Shown: positions 18,717 through 26,299, numbered from the stretch's first letter. The stretch: DNA of 32,000 nt from Candidatus Saccharimonadota bacterium (GCF_047555085.1 NZ_CP180230.1:210001-242000); one strand, 5' to 3'. Numbers and translations: made by a program. Notes: generated by a model from the sequence alone, not told the origin.

Positions 18717-20425
18717 GTTACCGCGCCCCAGAACTCTGCGAATACTGTGTAGACTCCGTTCATAACTGCTTTAACGTGCGTATCAAGATTTGGGAGTTCT
18801 GAAGTTCCTTCACCGTCCAGCCGTCCTGGATCAGCTACTTCAAGAGGGTAAGTATCTGTAAGTGAGCCATCGACTATGAAAGTAAGATCGTTTCCGTTGC
18901 TCGATCCTCTGAGGTTTATCGAGTAATCGATGCTGTCCTGTACCGCTGTATTGTCGTACCTTTCTGAAAGAAGGATGTTGCCGGTAGGACTCATAGTTAA
19001 GCTTGCTGTACCGTTGCCATCCGTCTGGAATCTCATGGTTTTTTCCACATCTGTGAAGCTTCCATCACTTATCTCCTGGCTTGGAGCAAATGCAGACATT
19101 CCATCGTTTTCAGTGATGGCGATCTGTGAGTTTTCCAGAGTACTGTTGTCTGAATTCTCCATGACAACAGTAAGATTGTACGGTACACCGGGATCAGGGA
19201 ACTCTACCTCCTTTTCATCCACTTTTTCCCCGTTGACATAGATCTCAGGGAACGTGACAGGCCTCAACTGGAAGGAACGTGTTTCAACATTGTTTTCAGA
19301 TATCTCCTGAACACTGTTCGACGTATCTGCCTCCACTTCGATACTGTAACTACCCGATTCCTCTGAGGCCTCCCACGTGTACTGGAATGCTTCCTGATTC
19401 CCCGGAGAAATATCCTCTGTAACGGTGAAAACTCTGGTGTCGAAAACTTCTCCATTACTTTTTATCTGAGCCTCAACGTAGAAATCAGTTGTCACAGGCA
19501 CGTTACCGGTGTTCCTGACTGAGAAACTTACTGTCTGATTCTGAGAGTAGTAAACAGGATCTCTGCTTGCGGAAAGCCCTGTAACATCCAGATCTGCTCC
19601 TATGCTCACCTGATCGAAACTTTTCCCGTTTGCCAGCGCATAACGCGTGTAAACATTTTGATCATTGACTTCGCTTGCCGAAATATCAAAACTGAATGTT
19701 TCAGGGAATGAATTAGACGTCTTTTTCTTCACAAGGCCGTTGCAGCTTCCACCGTTTGAATCACTACATGCGCCGATTATTAGAGGCCTGGAACTGCTGA
19801 TACCGCGGCCTGAAGCACCGGGATCAAAGCTTCTGGTTCCTATATCAGAGTTTACGGTGATACTGTCAAGATCAACGTTCAAACTGTTGCTGCTGTAATC
19901 ATAGTTTATGTTTCCGGAGTAGGATCCGGAAAGACTTGAACCTGTATCAACAAAACTTGGATTGGAGCCATCCGAGCTTTCAGAGACTATCATTGAGGCC
20001 TCTGCCGGAAAAGCTGCAATCTTGGTTTCTGGAGTACCTGATATTTCTGAAGGTGAGACTGTCAGGCCTCCTATAGAAGTTCTTTTACACGTGTTGCCGT
20101 TAAAGCTTACTTCTGTATCTGCCAGGCCCAGATTCTGATCGCTGCTGTAGCTTACAAGCTGATTTTCTCCATCCATGAAGTACTCCAGTCCTACATAGTA
20201 ATCCGCAGGTACACTTCCTGAAGTATCACAGAGCATCAGTCCTACATCAGGATAGGCCTGAGCATCCTGGTAGTATGCTGTTGTATCAGGTGATCCCCAG
20301 GTATAGATCAGGTTCTGAACTTCGCCGGGTCCTGACTCAACTACGTATCCCTGTAGCTCTGCAGCTCCTCCGGATAAAAGTAGAAATACAGAAAAAGCCA
20401 GCAGTATCTTTCTTTTATCTACCAT
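18713..20425 (-). CDS. Secreted surface protein with a CARDB domain and a module paralogous to the upstream gene
   Basis: Signal peptide MVDKRKILLAFSVFLLLSGGAA. CARDB-like DVTGLSASRDPVYYSQNQTVSFSVRNTGNVPV...EVEADTSNSVQEISENN. Shares the GxPYNLTV module and a C-terminal helix motif with 20434..22050. Its stop overlaps the next gene's start (GTGA). Confidence 0.8.
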   Translation of the reverse strand: MVDKRKILLAFSVFLLLSGGAAELQGYVVESGPGEVQNLIYTWGSPDTTAYYQDAQAYPDVGLMLCDTSGSVPADYYVGLEYFMDGENQLVSYSSDQNLGLADTEVSFNGNTCKRTSIGGLTVSPSEISGTPETKIAAFPAEASMIVSESSDGSNPSFVDTGSSLSGSYSGNINYDYSSNSLNVDLDSITVNSDIGTRSFDPGASGRGISSSRPLIIGACSDSNGGSCNGLVKKKTSNSFPETFSFDISASEVNDQNVYTRYALANGKSFDQVSIGADLDVTGLSASRDPVYYSQNQTVSFSVRNTGNVPVTTDFYVEAQIKSNGEVFDTRVFTVTEDISPGNQEAFQYTWEASEESGSYSIEVEADTSNSVQEISENNVETRSFQLRPVTFPEIYVNGEKVDEKEVEFPDPGVPYNLTVVMENSDNSTLENSQIAITENDGMSAFAPSQEISDGSFTDVEKTMRFQTDGNGTASLTMSPTGNILLSERYDNTAVQDSIDYSINLRGSSNGNDLTFIVDGSLTDTYPLEVADPGRLDGEGTSELPNLDTHVKAVMNGVYTVFAEFWGAVT

Positions 20426-20433
20426 GATTGATC

Positions 20434-22050
20434 TCAGTTTCCAGCTACGAACAGGCTGTTCAGCACAGGCCTGATCGCGTTAACTCTTTTCTTGAAAGAT
20501 TTTGAGTTAGGGACTCCAGCGCTCAATCCATCTGTCGGCGAACCGCATGTAGATCCCTTAACACTGAGATTCGTTTCGCCTAATAAATCACCTTGGGAAT
20601 CAAGCACCTCGATATCAAGCTGATCATCGCCATCCTTGCTGACTGTAGGAGTGAAAACTATACTCGAATCAGCCGCGTAAGGACTTCCTCCTGATTCCAG
20701 ATGCAAAGTATCTGCGTTGCGGGCCGGCAACATCACAAGATGGCTTCCACGTTCCTCAAGACTGAAGTAGGAGGCCTCTGAATCAGTTACATCAACGATA
20801 TACGGTATGCCGCGTACAACTTCGAAACTCTCGTTCCCTGTAACATCCAGTCTGTAGGCCTCGTCGGAGTTTACATTTGAGAAGAGACAGTTGGCTACAG
20901 GCCTCAATCTGTTGACGCCTTTCTTGTAATCTGTTTCAAGATCTTCAAATCCTTTCTCCGCAGGACCTGAATCAGTAAACTCTATATTGCTGTTTTCTAC
21001 ACTCAATGGAACGCTCTGAATTGTTTCGCCGTCGCTGTACACGTCTACTGTCAGATTATAGTTTGAAGGAGAGTTGTATGCTGTAGGTGTATACATCAGA
21101 CTTCTCGAGCCGTTGACTGTCTCTGTTATGATCTGGGCCTCTGAACTGTAGTCCTGGGAGATAGCAGGTGTGAAAAGATTGTTTCCCTCCCGTTCCGTGA
21201 TCCTTATCCCGGTATCCACAGGACTGTAATTATCAAATACGTCTTTAGTGATCACGGTAAGATTGTAAGGCCTCCCGGCATACGGAAAGCTTCGGCTTTC
21301 AACTCCATCTACAAGAGTAGTCACTCTTACAGGATCGGACTCTGAAAGCATATAGAAACTGTAATCATCATCTATCCGGGGCAGCATCAACTGGTAATCA
21401 CAGTCTTCTCCATCATAACAGCTACTGTAAGAATCTATACCAGCAACAAATACCGGCTGAGTGGTGCCATTTATATCATACCCGAGCATGTAATAATTTA
21501 CGCCGCCGTTCAAAGTCGTCTTCAAGGCCTTGAACTCGCTTCCAAGCAATTTGATATTCTCTGTATCCTCAAAAGTTTTCTCCGGATTATCAGTTACCTC
21601 ATCATAACTCGTCCCGTTCGGATAGAAAACAGGGAAATCCTCTTCATCGAAAAGGCCTCCAGCATCAAGATCGGAGAGCGAAAGATTCCCTACTCTCCCT
21701 GATTCAAACTCTTCATCATGAAAAGGCAAAGCACCGAAAAAATGCCTTCCATCGTTCTGGCCTTCAAGAGAAAGATCAGTCACACTCCCGGAACGCGAAT
21801 CTCCTGCATAGAAATAATCGATCGGCGATGCAGTCTCCTCCTGAAAACCACTGATATCTCCTGAAACACCAGCCCAGTTACTGGAAACAGTAGTAGGCCC
21901 GAGTATCGCCTGGACAACATGCCCGGCCTCGAGACTGATACTTCCAGCGATACCTATCCCCAGAAGCACAACAGCTGTAACACCTAAAAACATCAATTTC
22001 TCCGCATCCAGCTCCAGACGCTGATAATCAACATCCTCCTCAATATCCAT
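20434..22050 (-). CDS. N-terminally membrane-anchored surface protein, first gene of the operon, with duplicated modules
   Basis: Acidic N-terminus followed by a TM helix (LMFLGVTAVVLLGIGIAGSISL). The N-terminal domain is homologous to the 227-aa protein at 22191..22874. Two GxPY(N/I)(L/V)(T/D)V beta-sandwich-like modules are each followed by a KKxVNxxRPVxNxLF motif. Confidence 0.8.
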   Translation of the reverse strand: MDIEEDVDYQRLELDAEKLMFLGVTAVVLLGIGIAGSISLEAGHVVQAILGPTTVSSNWAGVSGDISGFQEETASPIDYFYAGDSRSGSVTDLSLEGQNDGRHFFGALPFHDEEFESGRVGNLSLSDLDAGGLFDEEDFPVFYPNGTSYDEVTDNPEKTFEDTENIKLLGSEFKALKTTLNGGVNYYMLGYDINGTTQPVFVAGIDSYSSCYDGEDCDYQLMLPRIDDDYSFYMLSESDPVRVTTLVDGVESRSFPYAGRPYNLTVITKDVFDNYSPVDTGIRITEREGNNLFTPAISQDYSSEAQIITETVNGSRSLMYTPTAYNSPSNYNLTVDVYSDGETIQSVPLSVENSNIEFTDSGPAEKGFEDLETDYKKGVNRLRPVANCLFSNVNSDEAYRLDVTGNESFEVVRGIPYIVDVTDSEASYFSLEERGSHLVMLPARNADTLHLESGGSPYAADSSIVFTPTVSKDGDDQLDIEVLDSQGDLLGETNLSVKGSTCGSPTDGLSAGVPNSKSFKKRVNAIRPVLNSLFVAGN

Positions 22051-22140
22051 GACTCTACAGGCAAAAATGCGTTAAACTCGGCTTTAAAGACTGCCAAAAA
22101 ATCACAGAGAATATCAGCTATAGGCCTCTACTGAGATTTT

Positions 22141-22161
22141 AAGGAAAAAGAAAGAAAAGGG
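22141..22161 (-). terminator. Oligo-T rich terminator downstream of the 227-aa gene (reads CCCTTTTCTTTCTTTTTCCTT on the minus strand)
   Basis: A pyrimidine/T-rich run beginning about 30 nt after the stop at 22191. Archaeal termination typically uses oligo-T tracts. Confidence 0.45.
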
Positions 22162-22190
22162 AATAAGTAAGATTGCTAGTGATGGTTGCT

Positions 22191-22874
22191 TTAACCAAGC
22201 TCTAGGTACATGTTGAATGAGTTGACACTGTCGTCCTCTGCAGGAAGAATCAGCTGGTAATCAGCTGAATCTCCGTTAAAGGCTGTTGCGTCTTCTCCAA
22301 CGATTCCTGTAAATACAGGATTCTTTTCGCTGCTGTTGTCCAGTAGAGCGACTGTAGACCATGCTCCGGAGCCAGCGTCGTTGTTTGTCATTGCTGTTTC
22401 TCCTTTGTAATCCTCTCCGTCTAGAGTGATGGTCGTGTTACCGCTCGTAAAGGTGTTGACTGCATTATCGCTTCCGGATAGGAAGGAGTAGTAGCTATCA
22501 ACATCTTCAGCTGTACCGTTTGTAAGGTTGGTCCAAGTGACTGATGCACTTGAAGCGAAAACGTTCTCAGCAGATGCGTCCCAGTTGTATAGGACACTAC
22601 CGCTGTCTCCGGTTCCCAATACAAGGCTACCGGTTGCGTTTCCGTATAGACCAGCCCAGCTGTCTGTTGACTGTTCAGCAGAAAGATTTGCTGCAGTCAC
22701 GTTACCACCGTCTAGATCAACGCTCTGCTCCTGTGAGTTGAAATACTCATCAAGAGTCTGTCCTTCATCGATCGTTGTTCCAGCCGGTGTGTTGTCCTGG
22801 GCTGCAGCCGCTCCCGCGGCTAGAATTAGTGAAGCAACCATCGCAAGTACTGCGATGCTCTTGTCTAACTTCAT
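22191..22874 (-). CDS. Small secreted protein (227 aa), paralogue of the N-terminal domain of 20434..22050
   Basis: Signal peptide MKLDKSIAVLAMVASLILAAGAAAA. SWAGLYGNATGS matches NWAGVSGDISG in the larger protein. NPVFTGIVGEDATAFNGDSADYQLILPAEDDSVNSFNMYLEL matches QPVFVAGIDSYSSCYDGEDCDYQLMLPRIDDDYSFYMLSE. Confidence 0.8.
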   Translation of the reverse strand: MKLDKSIAVLAMVASLILAAGAAAAQDNTPAGTTIDEGQTLDEYFNSQEQSVDLDGGNVTAANLSAEQSTDSWAGLYGNATGSLVLGTGDSGSVLYNWDASAENVFASSASVTWTNLTNGTAEDVDSYYSFLSGSDNAVNTFTSGNTTITLDGEDYKGETAMTNNDAGSGAWSTVALLDNSSEKNPVFTGIVGEDATAFNGDSADYQLILPAEDDSVNSFNMYLELG

Positions 22875-22900
22875 CTGTATACAAGGATTGGGTTTCCCGG

Positions 22901-22908
22901 TTTATAAA
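22901..22908 (-). promoter_or_regulatory. Consensus palindromic TATA box TTTATAAA about 30 nt upstream of the ATG at 22874
   Basis: Perfect TTTATAAA at the canonical distance for a leaderless mRNA. The same octamer at the same distance precedes the secreted-protein gene at 26966. Confidence 0.6.
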
Positions 22909-23029
22909 TTCTATCCGGATACAATGGGCTTATAACAAAGCTGAACGGGCGTTCTATGAACTTTTCAGGCCTTGAGTTTTTGGCTCTAAAACCTGCATCA
23001 ATAAATCTTTAAGCTTCTACAAAGGAATC

Positions 23030-23365
23030 ATGGACTCAGAGAAAATTAATGAAGAAGCTGTGAGAGAACAGCTGAAGGAAGTTATGGATCCGGAGCTAGA
23101 CATAAACATCGTTGATCTAGGCCTGATATACGAGATAGAAGTCAGAGACGATGAAGTATACATACTGATGACGCTAACTACCCCTGGATGTCCTCTACAC
23201 GGCATATTCGATGAAATGGTGCGAAGAGAAGTAGGAAAGCTAGAAGGCCTCAATGAGTCAGAGATCGAAGTAGAGCTTACTTTTGAGCCGCGCTGGAGCC
23301 CTGAAAAAATTTCTGAGGATGCAAGAGGAGAACTTGGACATCTTCCGGGAATGCAGGGATTCTGA
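23030..23365 (+). CDS. sufT: Fe-S cluster assembly protein, SufT / DUF59 (MIP18) family
   Basis: VREQLKEVMDPELDINIVDLGLIYEIEV...MTLTTPGCPL is the canonical DUF59 signature. Size is 111 aa. Confidence 0.85.
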   Translation: MDSEKINEEAVREQLKEVMDPELDINIVDLGLIYEIEVRDDEVYILMTLTTPGCPLHGIFDEMVRREVGKLEGLNESEIEVELTFEPRWSPEKISEDARGELGHLPGMQGF

Positions 23366-23369
23366 ATTT

Positions 23370-24107
23370 TTATCTGCGGAAAATCTTTTTTTCTATACTT
23401 AGAGGAAGGAAAAGTGTTTCCTTCATCAGCCATCCCGCCTTCATCACCATTGCCTGTCCATAATCCCAGACGCTTAATGCTACAGGCTTCCTTTTGCCGT
23501 ACATGTAGTTAGATCCTGTTTCTATAGCCTGAAGAACGTCTTCGGCTGTGAAATCTTCATCGACGAAAGCAGTATTTATCTCGGTGTAGGCCTTTCCTAT
23601 CATTCCAAGTGAGTGTGCATCGCTTGAGGCCACTTCCGGATAATTATTTTCCTTGGCGAAGCTTCTGGCCTTCCTGTTCTTCCATCCTGTAAAGGCCCAG
23701 GAATTGTATACCTCAAGGGCATCACAGTCCTCCAGCCTGGATTTTTTCACGCCGTGACGTGTCACCTGGAAAGGATGCGGTACAACAGCTATGCCGCCCA
23801 TCTCGCGGACTTCCTCTACAGTCTCCATGAAATCTTTCCCTTTCTCCGGACATTCCTCGACACCTAGCGCAAGTAAATGTCCGTCAGCTGTAGAAACTTC
23901 CACGCCAGGAATACCGATAAGCCCGTATTCAGAGGCCTTTTCAGCTGCTTCAAGAGAGTTTTCGATACTGTCATGATCTGTTATGGCGATAGCGTCGATA
24001 TCTATCTCCTGTGCGTGTTCAAGTATAAGATCCACAGGCTCGTTGCAGTCATGTGATGCATCAGAGTGTATATGGAGATCTACCTTGATGCTGTCGCCGT
24101 CGACCAT
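23370..24107 (-). CDS. PHP-domain metal-dependent phosphoesterase
   Basis: VDLHIHSDASHDC...AIAITDHDS...GVEVS...VVPHPF...SSDAHS are PHP motifs I-IV. Confidence 0.85.
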   Translation of the reverse strand: MVDGDSIKVDLHIHSDASHDCNEPVDLILEHAQEIDIDAIAITDHDSIENSLEAAEKASEYGLIGIPGVEVSTADGHLLALGVEECPEKGKDFMETVEEVREMGGIAVVPHPFQVTRHGVKKSRLEDCDALEVYNSWAFTGWKNRKARSFAKENNYPEVASSDAHSLGMIGKAYTEINTAFVDEDFTAEDVLQAIETGSNYMYGKRKPVALSVWDYGQAMVMKAGWLMKETLFLPLSIEKKIFRR

Positions 24108-24167
24108 AGAAAGACAAAGGAATGCATATACTCAAAAAACCTTTACCGTTTCACGGAAAGAAAGGCC

Positions 24168-24178
24168 TAATAAATAAA
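24168..24178 (+). promoter_or_regulatory. TATA-like box (TAATAAATAAA) about 31 nt upstream of the GTG at 24204
   Basis: Supports the GTG at 24204 as the start of the acetyltransferase gene. Confidence 0.4.
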
Positions 24179-24203
24179 CCGGTACCGTGCCAAAAACTTC
24201 GTT

Positions 24204-24683
24204 GTGGGAGACAGAGAATTCGAATCCGAAAAATACCGGGGAAATCCGCTTCTCCACTGGCAGAGCCAGGCCTCTACAGTCCGGACAGTCTGGAACACAG
24301 CAATCACACAGATCGCAAAAATAATGCCACTAGGCCTGAAAAATACTGTACTGAGGGCTCTCGGCACAGATATAGGAGAGAATACGGCGATAGGCCTCGG
24401 CGTCCAGATCGATATATTTTTCCCGGAGAAAATCTCTATAGGAGAAAATACTACGATCGGATACGGCACGACAATCCTGACACATGAGACAACTCAGGAG
24501 GAATTCAGGAAAGGAGAAGTCAAGATCGGGGACAACGTTTTGATAGGTGCCAATACGACAATCCTTCCTGGCGTAGAAATCGGTGACGGCGCAAAAGTTT
24601 CTGCAAACTCTCTTGTAAACAGAGATATTGAAGAAGATAGTTTTGTCGGCGGAGTCCCGGCAGAGAAAATAGAGGAACAATAA
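24204..24683 (+). CDS. Left-handed beta-helix (hexapeptide-repeat) acyl/acetyltransferase, WbbJ/WcaF-like
   Basis: LRALGTDIGENTAIGLGVQID...ISIGENTTIGYGTTIL...VKIGDNVLIGANTTILPGVEIGDGAKVSANSLV. The start is uncertain: GTG at 24204 or ATG at 24324. Confidence 0.8.
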   Translation: MGDREFESEKYRGNPLLHWQSQASTVRTVWNTAITQIAKIMPLGLKNTVLRALGTDIGENTAIGLGVQIDIFFPEKISIGENTTIGYGTTILTHETTQEEFRKGEVKIGDNVLIGANTTILPGVEIGDGAKVSANSLVNRDIEEDSFVGGVPAEKIEEQ

Positions 24684-24685
24684 AG

Positions 24686-24727
24686 AGAAAATTTCAAGGC
24701 CTGAAATTTTTTCCAGGCCTTTTTTGG
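24686..24727. terminator. Bidirectional terminator-like spacer: an imperfect palindrome centred on AGGCCT, then a T run, then a second AGGCCT followed by T6
   Basis: gaaaatttcaAGGCCTgaaattttttccAGGCCTtttttt lies between the convergent stops at 24683 (+) and 24729 (-). Confidence 0.4.
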
Positions 24728-24728
24728 G

Positions 24729-25265
24729 TTACTCCCAGTTTCTGTAAGCCAGTATCAGGATGATGATGAAGGCTGTAAGCGCCATCATCGGGATTGTGAT
24801 GTAATCGAAGTAGAATGTGTACTTTGTCTCGCATGACACCTGGCTGATGCTGCATCCGCTGCTCTGGATGCGGCTCATCATCTGGATTGCGTAGTGATAG
24901 ATGCTCAGGCCTGCCCCGATAACTGTCATCGGCACGACATAGTCAGAGACGTTTTTCTCATTGAACAGCAGAGAAGCACCAAGCAGTACTACCAGAGGAT
25001 ACATGAAGATTCTCTGGAACCAGCAGAGTCTGCAAGGAGTCCATCCAAGAACGTTCGACAGGAAGAGGCTGCCCAGAGTAGCTACAGTAGCTACAATCAG
25101 GCCTATCTCTCTGTAACGGGAATCAATTTTTTCCTCGAAGGCCTCAACGTAGTCGTCTATAGGTAAAGTGAAGAATCGCTGCAAGGCCTTTATTCCAAGG
25201 TATCCGATTATCGAGATATCAAGTAGTAGTATAACGTATGCCAGGTACTCAACTAGGAATTCCAT
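24729..25265 (-). CDS. DsbB/BdbC-family disulfide bond formation protein with an extra N-terminal TM segment
   Basis: TPCRLCWFQRIFMYPLV matches the BdbC CxxCWxQRxxMYP motif. A second Cys pair lies in SSGCSISQVSCE. Multiple TM helices. Confidence 0.75.
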   Translation of the reverse strand: MEFLVEYLAYVILLLDISIIGYLGIKALQRFFTLPIDDYVEAFEEKIDSRYREIGLIVATVATLGSLFLSNVLGWTPCRLCWFQRIFMYPLVVLLGASLLFNEKNVSDYVVPMTVIGAGLSIYHYAIQMMSRIQSSGCSISQVSCETKYTFYFDYITIPMMALTAFIIILILAYRNWE

Positions 25266-25314
25266 AGAAGGAAATAATCTGTTGTACAGTTAAAAATTCT
25301 TCTGGCAGGAGGCC

Positions 25315-25665
25315 TTATTTTTTGTCCAGTCTGTACAGATGTGAGTTACAGTTGCAGTCAGATGCCCCGAACTCATCTACAGCGACTCCTTTCTCTGCGG
25401 CACATTCTGCAAGGATACACTCGAATCTTGAAGGGAGAGGGAACGCCAGCCAGTATACAGGATCGGCCTCAAGCGAAAAATAGTCGATATGCCAGTGAAG
25501 CTTCTTGTCACTGGAAAAATGTCTCTCAACTCGTTTCTCTATAGAGTTCATCGCCGAGCCTATGTAGACGTAAAGGCCTGCCTGGAATTTTTTCTCTCCC
25601 AGTGCCCCGATCTCTATAATTTTCTCCTCTTCCAGCTGGAAAAATACGGCGTAAACTCCTTCCAT
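25315..25665 (-). CDS. GIY-YIG (Uri) superfamily protein, DUF123 family
   Basis: GLYVYIGSAMNSIEKRVERHFSSDKKLHWHIDYF and a C-terminal Cys cluster (SDCNCNSHLY), typical of archaeal DUF123. Confidence 0.8.
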   Translation of the reverse strand: MEGVYAVFFQLEEEKIIEIGALGEKKFQAGLYVYIGSAMNSIEKRVERHFSSDKKLHWHIDYFSLEADPVYWLAFPLPSRFECILAECAAEKGVAVDEFGASDCNCNSHLYRLDKK

Positions 25666-25696
25666 GTATTTTTTCGAGGCCTCTGAAATCTTTTAG

Positions 25697-25718
25697 CTGT
25701 TCGCTTTCCATCGAACAG
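25697..25718. promoter_or_regulatory. Inverted repeat CTGTTCG-N8-CGAACAG between divergent promoters; candidate operator
   Basis: A perfect 7-bp inverted repeat. It sits between a TATA-like box for the DUF123 gene (about 25688-25699, minus strand) and AGAATAAAAAAT (25727-25738) upstream of the ArsR-like gene. Confidence 0.35.
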
Positions 25719-25759
25719 TCAAAGTTAGAATAAAAAATCAGCGGGCCTAAAGACTTTAC

Positions 25760-26299
25760 ATGGATCTGGATTTCAAATCTGTAAAGGCCTTGGCGTCCCC
25801 GACACGTCTCGAGATTATCAACGAGGTTCTGGATCAGGAAGCCACTACAACAAAGCTTGCTGACAGGATGGGGAAAAGCAAGTCCACGGTCTCGAATCAT
25901 CTGAAAGTGCTGACAGAATCAGGCCTCCTCGAGAAAGATGAAGAGGAAGGCCGCAGAAGAGTAGTCTACAGGCCTACAGACAAGGCCCGCGCTATAGCGG
26001 AAGGAAAGGAAAGAAAAGTCAAGTTCTCAGTTGTTTCATCCGCTCTTACAGGCATAGTAGGAATCTTTTTGCTTTCCAGATCTTTTCTCCCGGATCAAAG
26101 TTTAACAGGAAGCAGCGGTGACTCCGCCGAGGCAATGGGACAGATGACGATGCAGAGTATGGAACAGGCTCCCAGAGCAGCAGAGGCCTCACAGACAGGT
26201 ACGGTAGAGGCAGCACTGGTGGTTCTTGGAGCAGGCCTGATAGTTACAGCAGTTCTCGCACTGGGCTATGCATACGTCTTGAGACAAATCAGATCATAG
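25760..26299 (+). CDS. ArsR-family winged-helix regulator fused to C-terminal transmembrane segments
   Basis: LASPTRLEIINEVLDQEATTTKLADRMGKSKSTVSNHLKVLTESGLLEK (ArsR HTH). Hydrophobic helices VVSSALTGIVGIFLLS and ALVVLGAGLIVTAVLALGYAYVL. Confidence 0.75.
   Translation: MDLDFKSVKALASPTRLEIINEVLDQEATTTKLADRMGKSKSTVSNHLKVLTESGLLEKDEEEGRRRVVYRPTDKARAIAEGKERKVKFSVVSSALTGIVGIFLLSRSFLPDQSLTGSSGDSAEAMGQMTMQSMEQAPRAAEASQTGTVEAALVVLGAGLIVTAVLALGYAYVLRQIRS

Noticed and set aside
20434-22050. Possible type IV pilin-like (class III) signal peptide in the 538-aa protein
   Set aside because: The N-terminus has a long acidic segment before the hydrophobic helix. It lacks the [KR]-[GA] prepilin peptidase cleavage context (the sequence is ...DAEK-LMFLG). 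It is better described as an N-terminal signal anchor.
22421-22975. Several ORFs of 65-135 aa on both strands overlapping the 227-aa secreted-protein gene
   Set aside because: The minus-strand frame with a signal peptide, a consensus TATA box and a paralogue next door explains the region. The alternatives lack all of these.
23017-23433. 138-aa ORF on the minus strand overlapping the SufT/DUF59 gene
   Set aside because: It is antisense to a gene with a canonical DUF59 signature. The translation is Ser/Pro-rich and low in complexity, with no promoter or independent support.
24122-24487. Alternative-frame ORFs (121 aa on the plus strand, 100 aa on the minus strand) at the acetyltransferase 5' region
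   Set aside because: Only the 24204 frame continues into the hexapeptide-repeat domain. The others are Arg-rich with no recognisable features.
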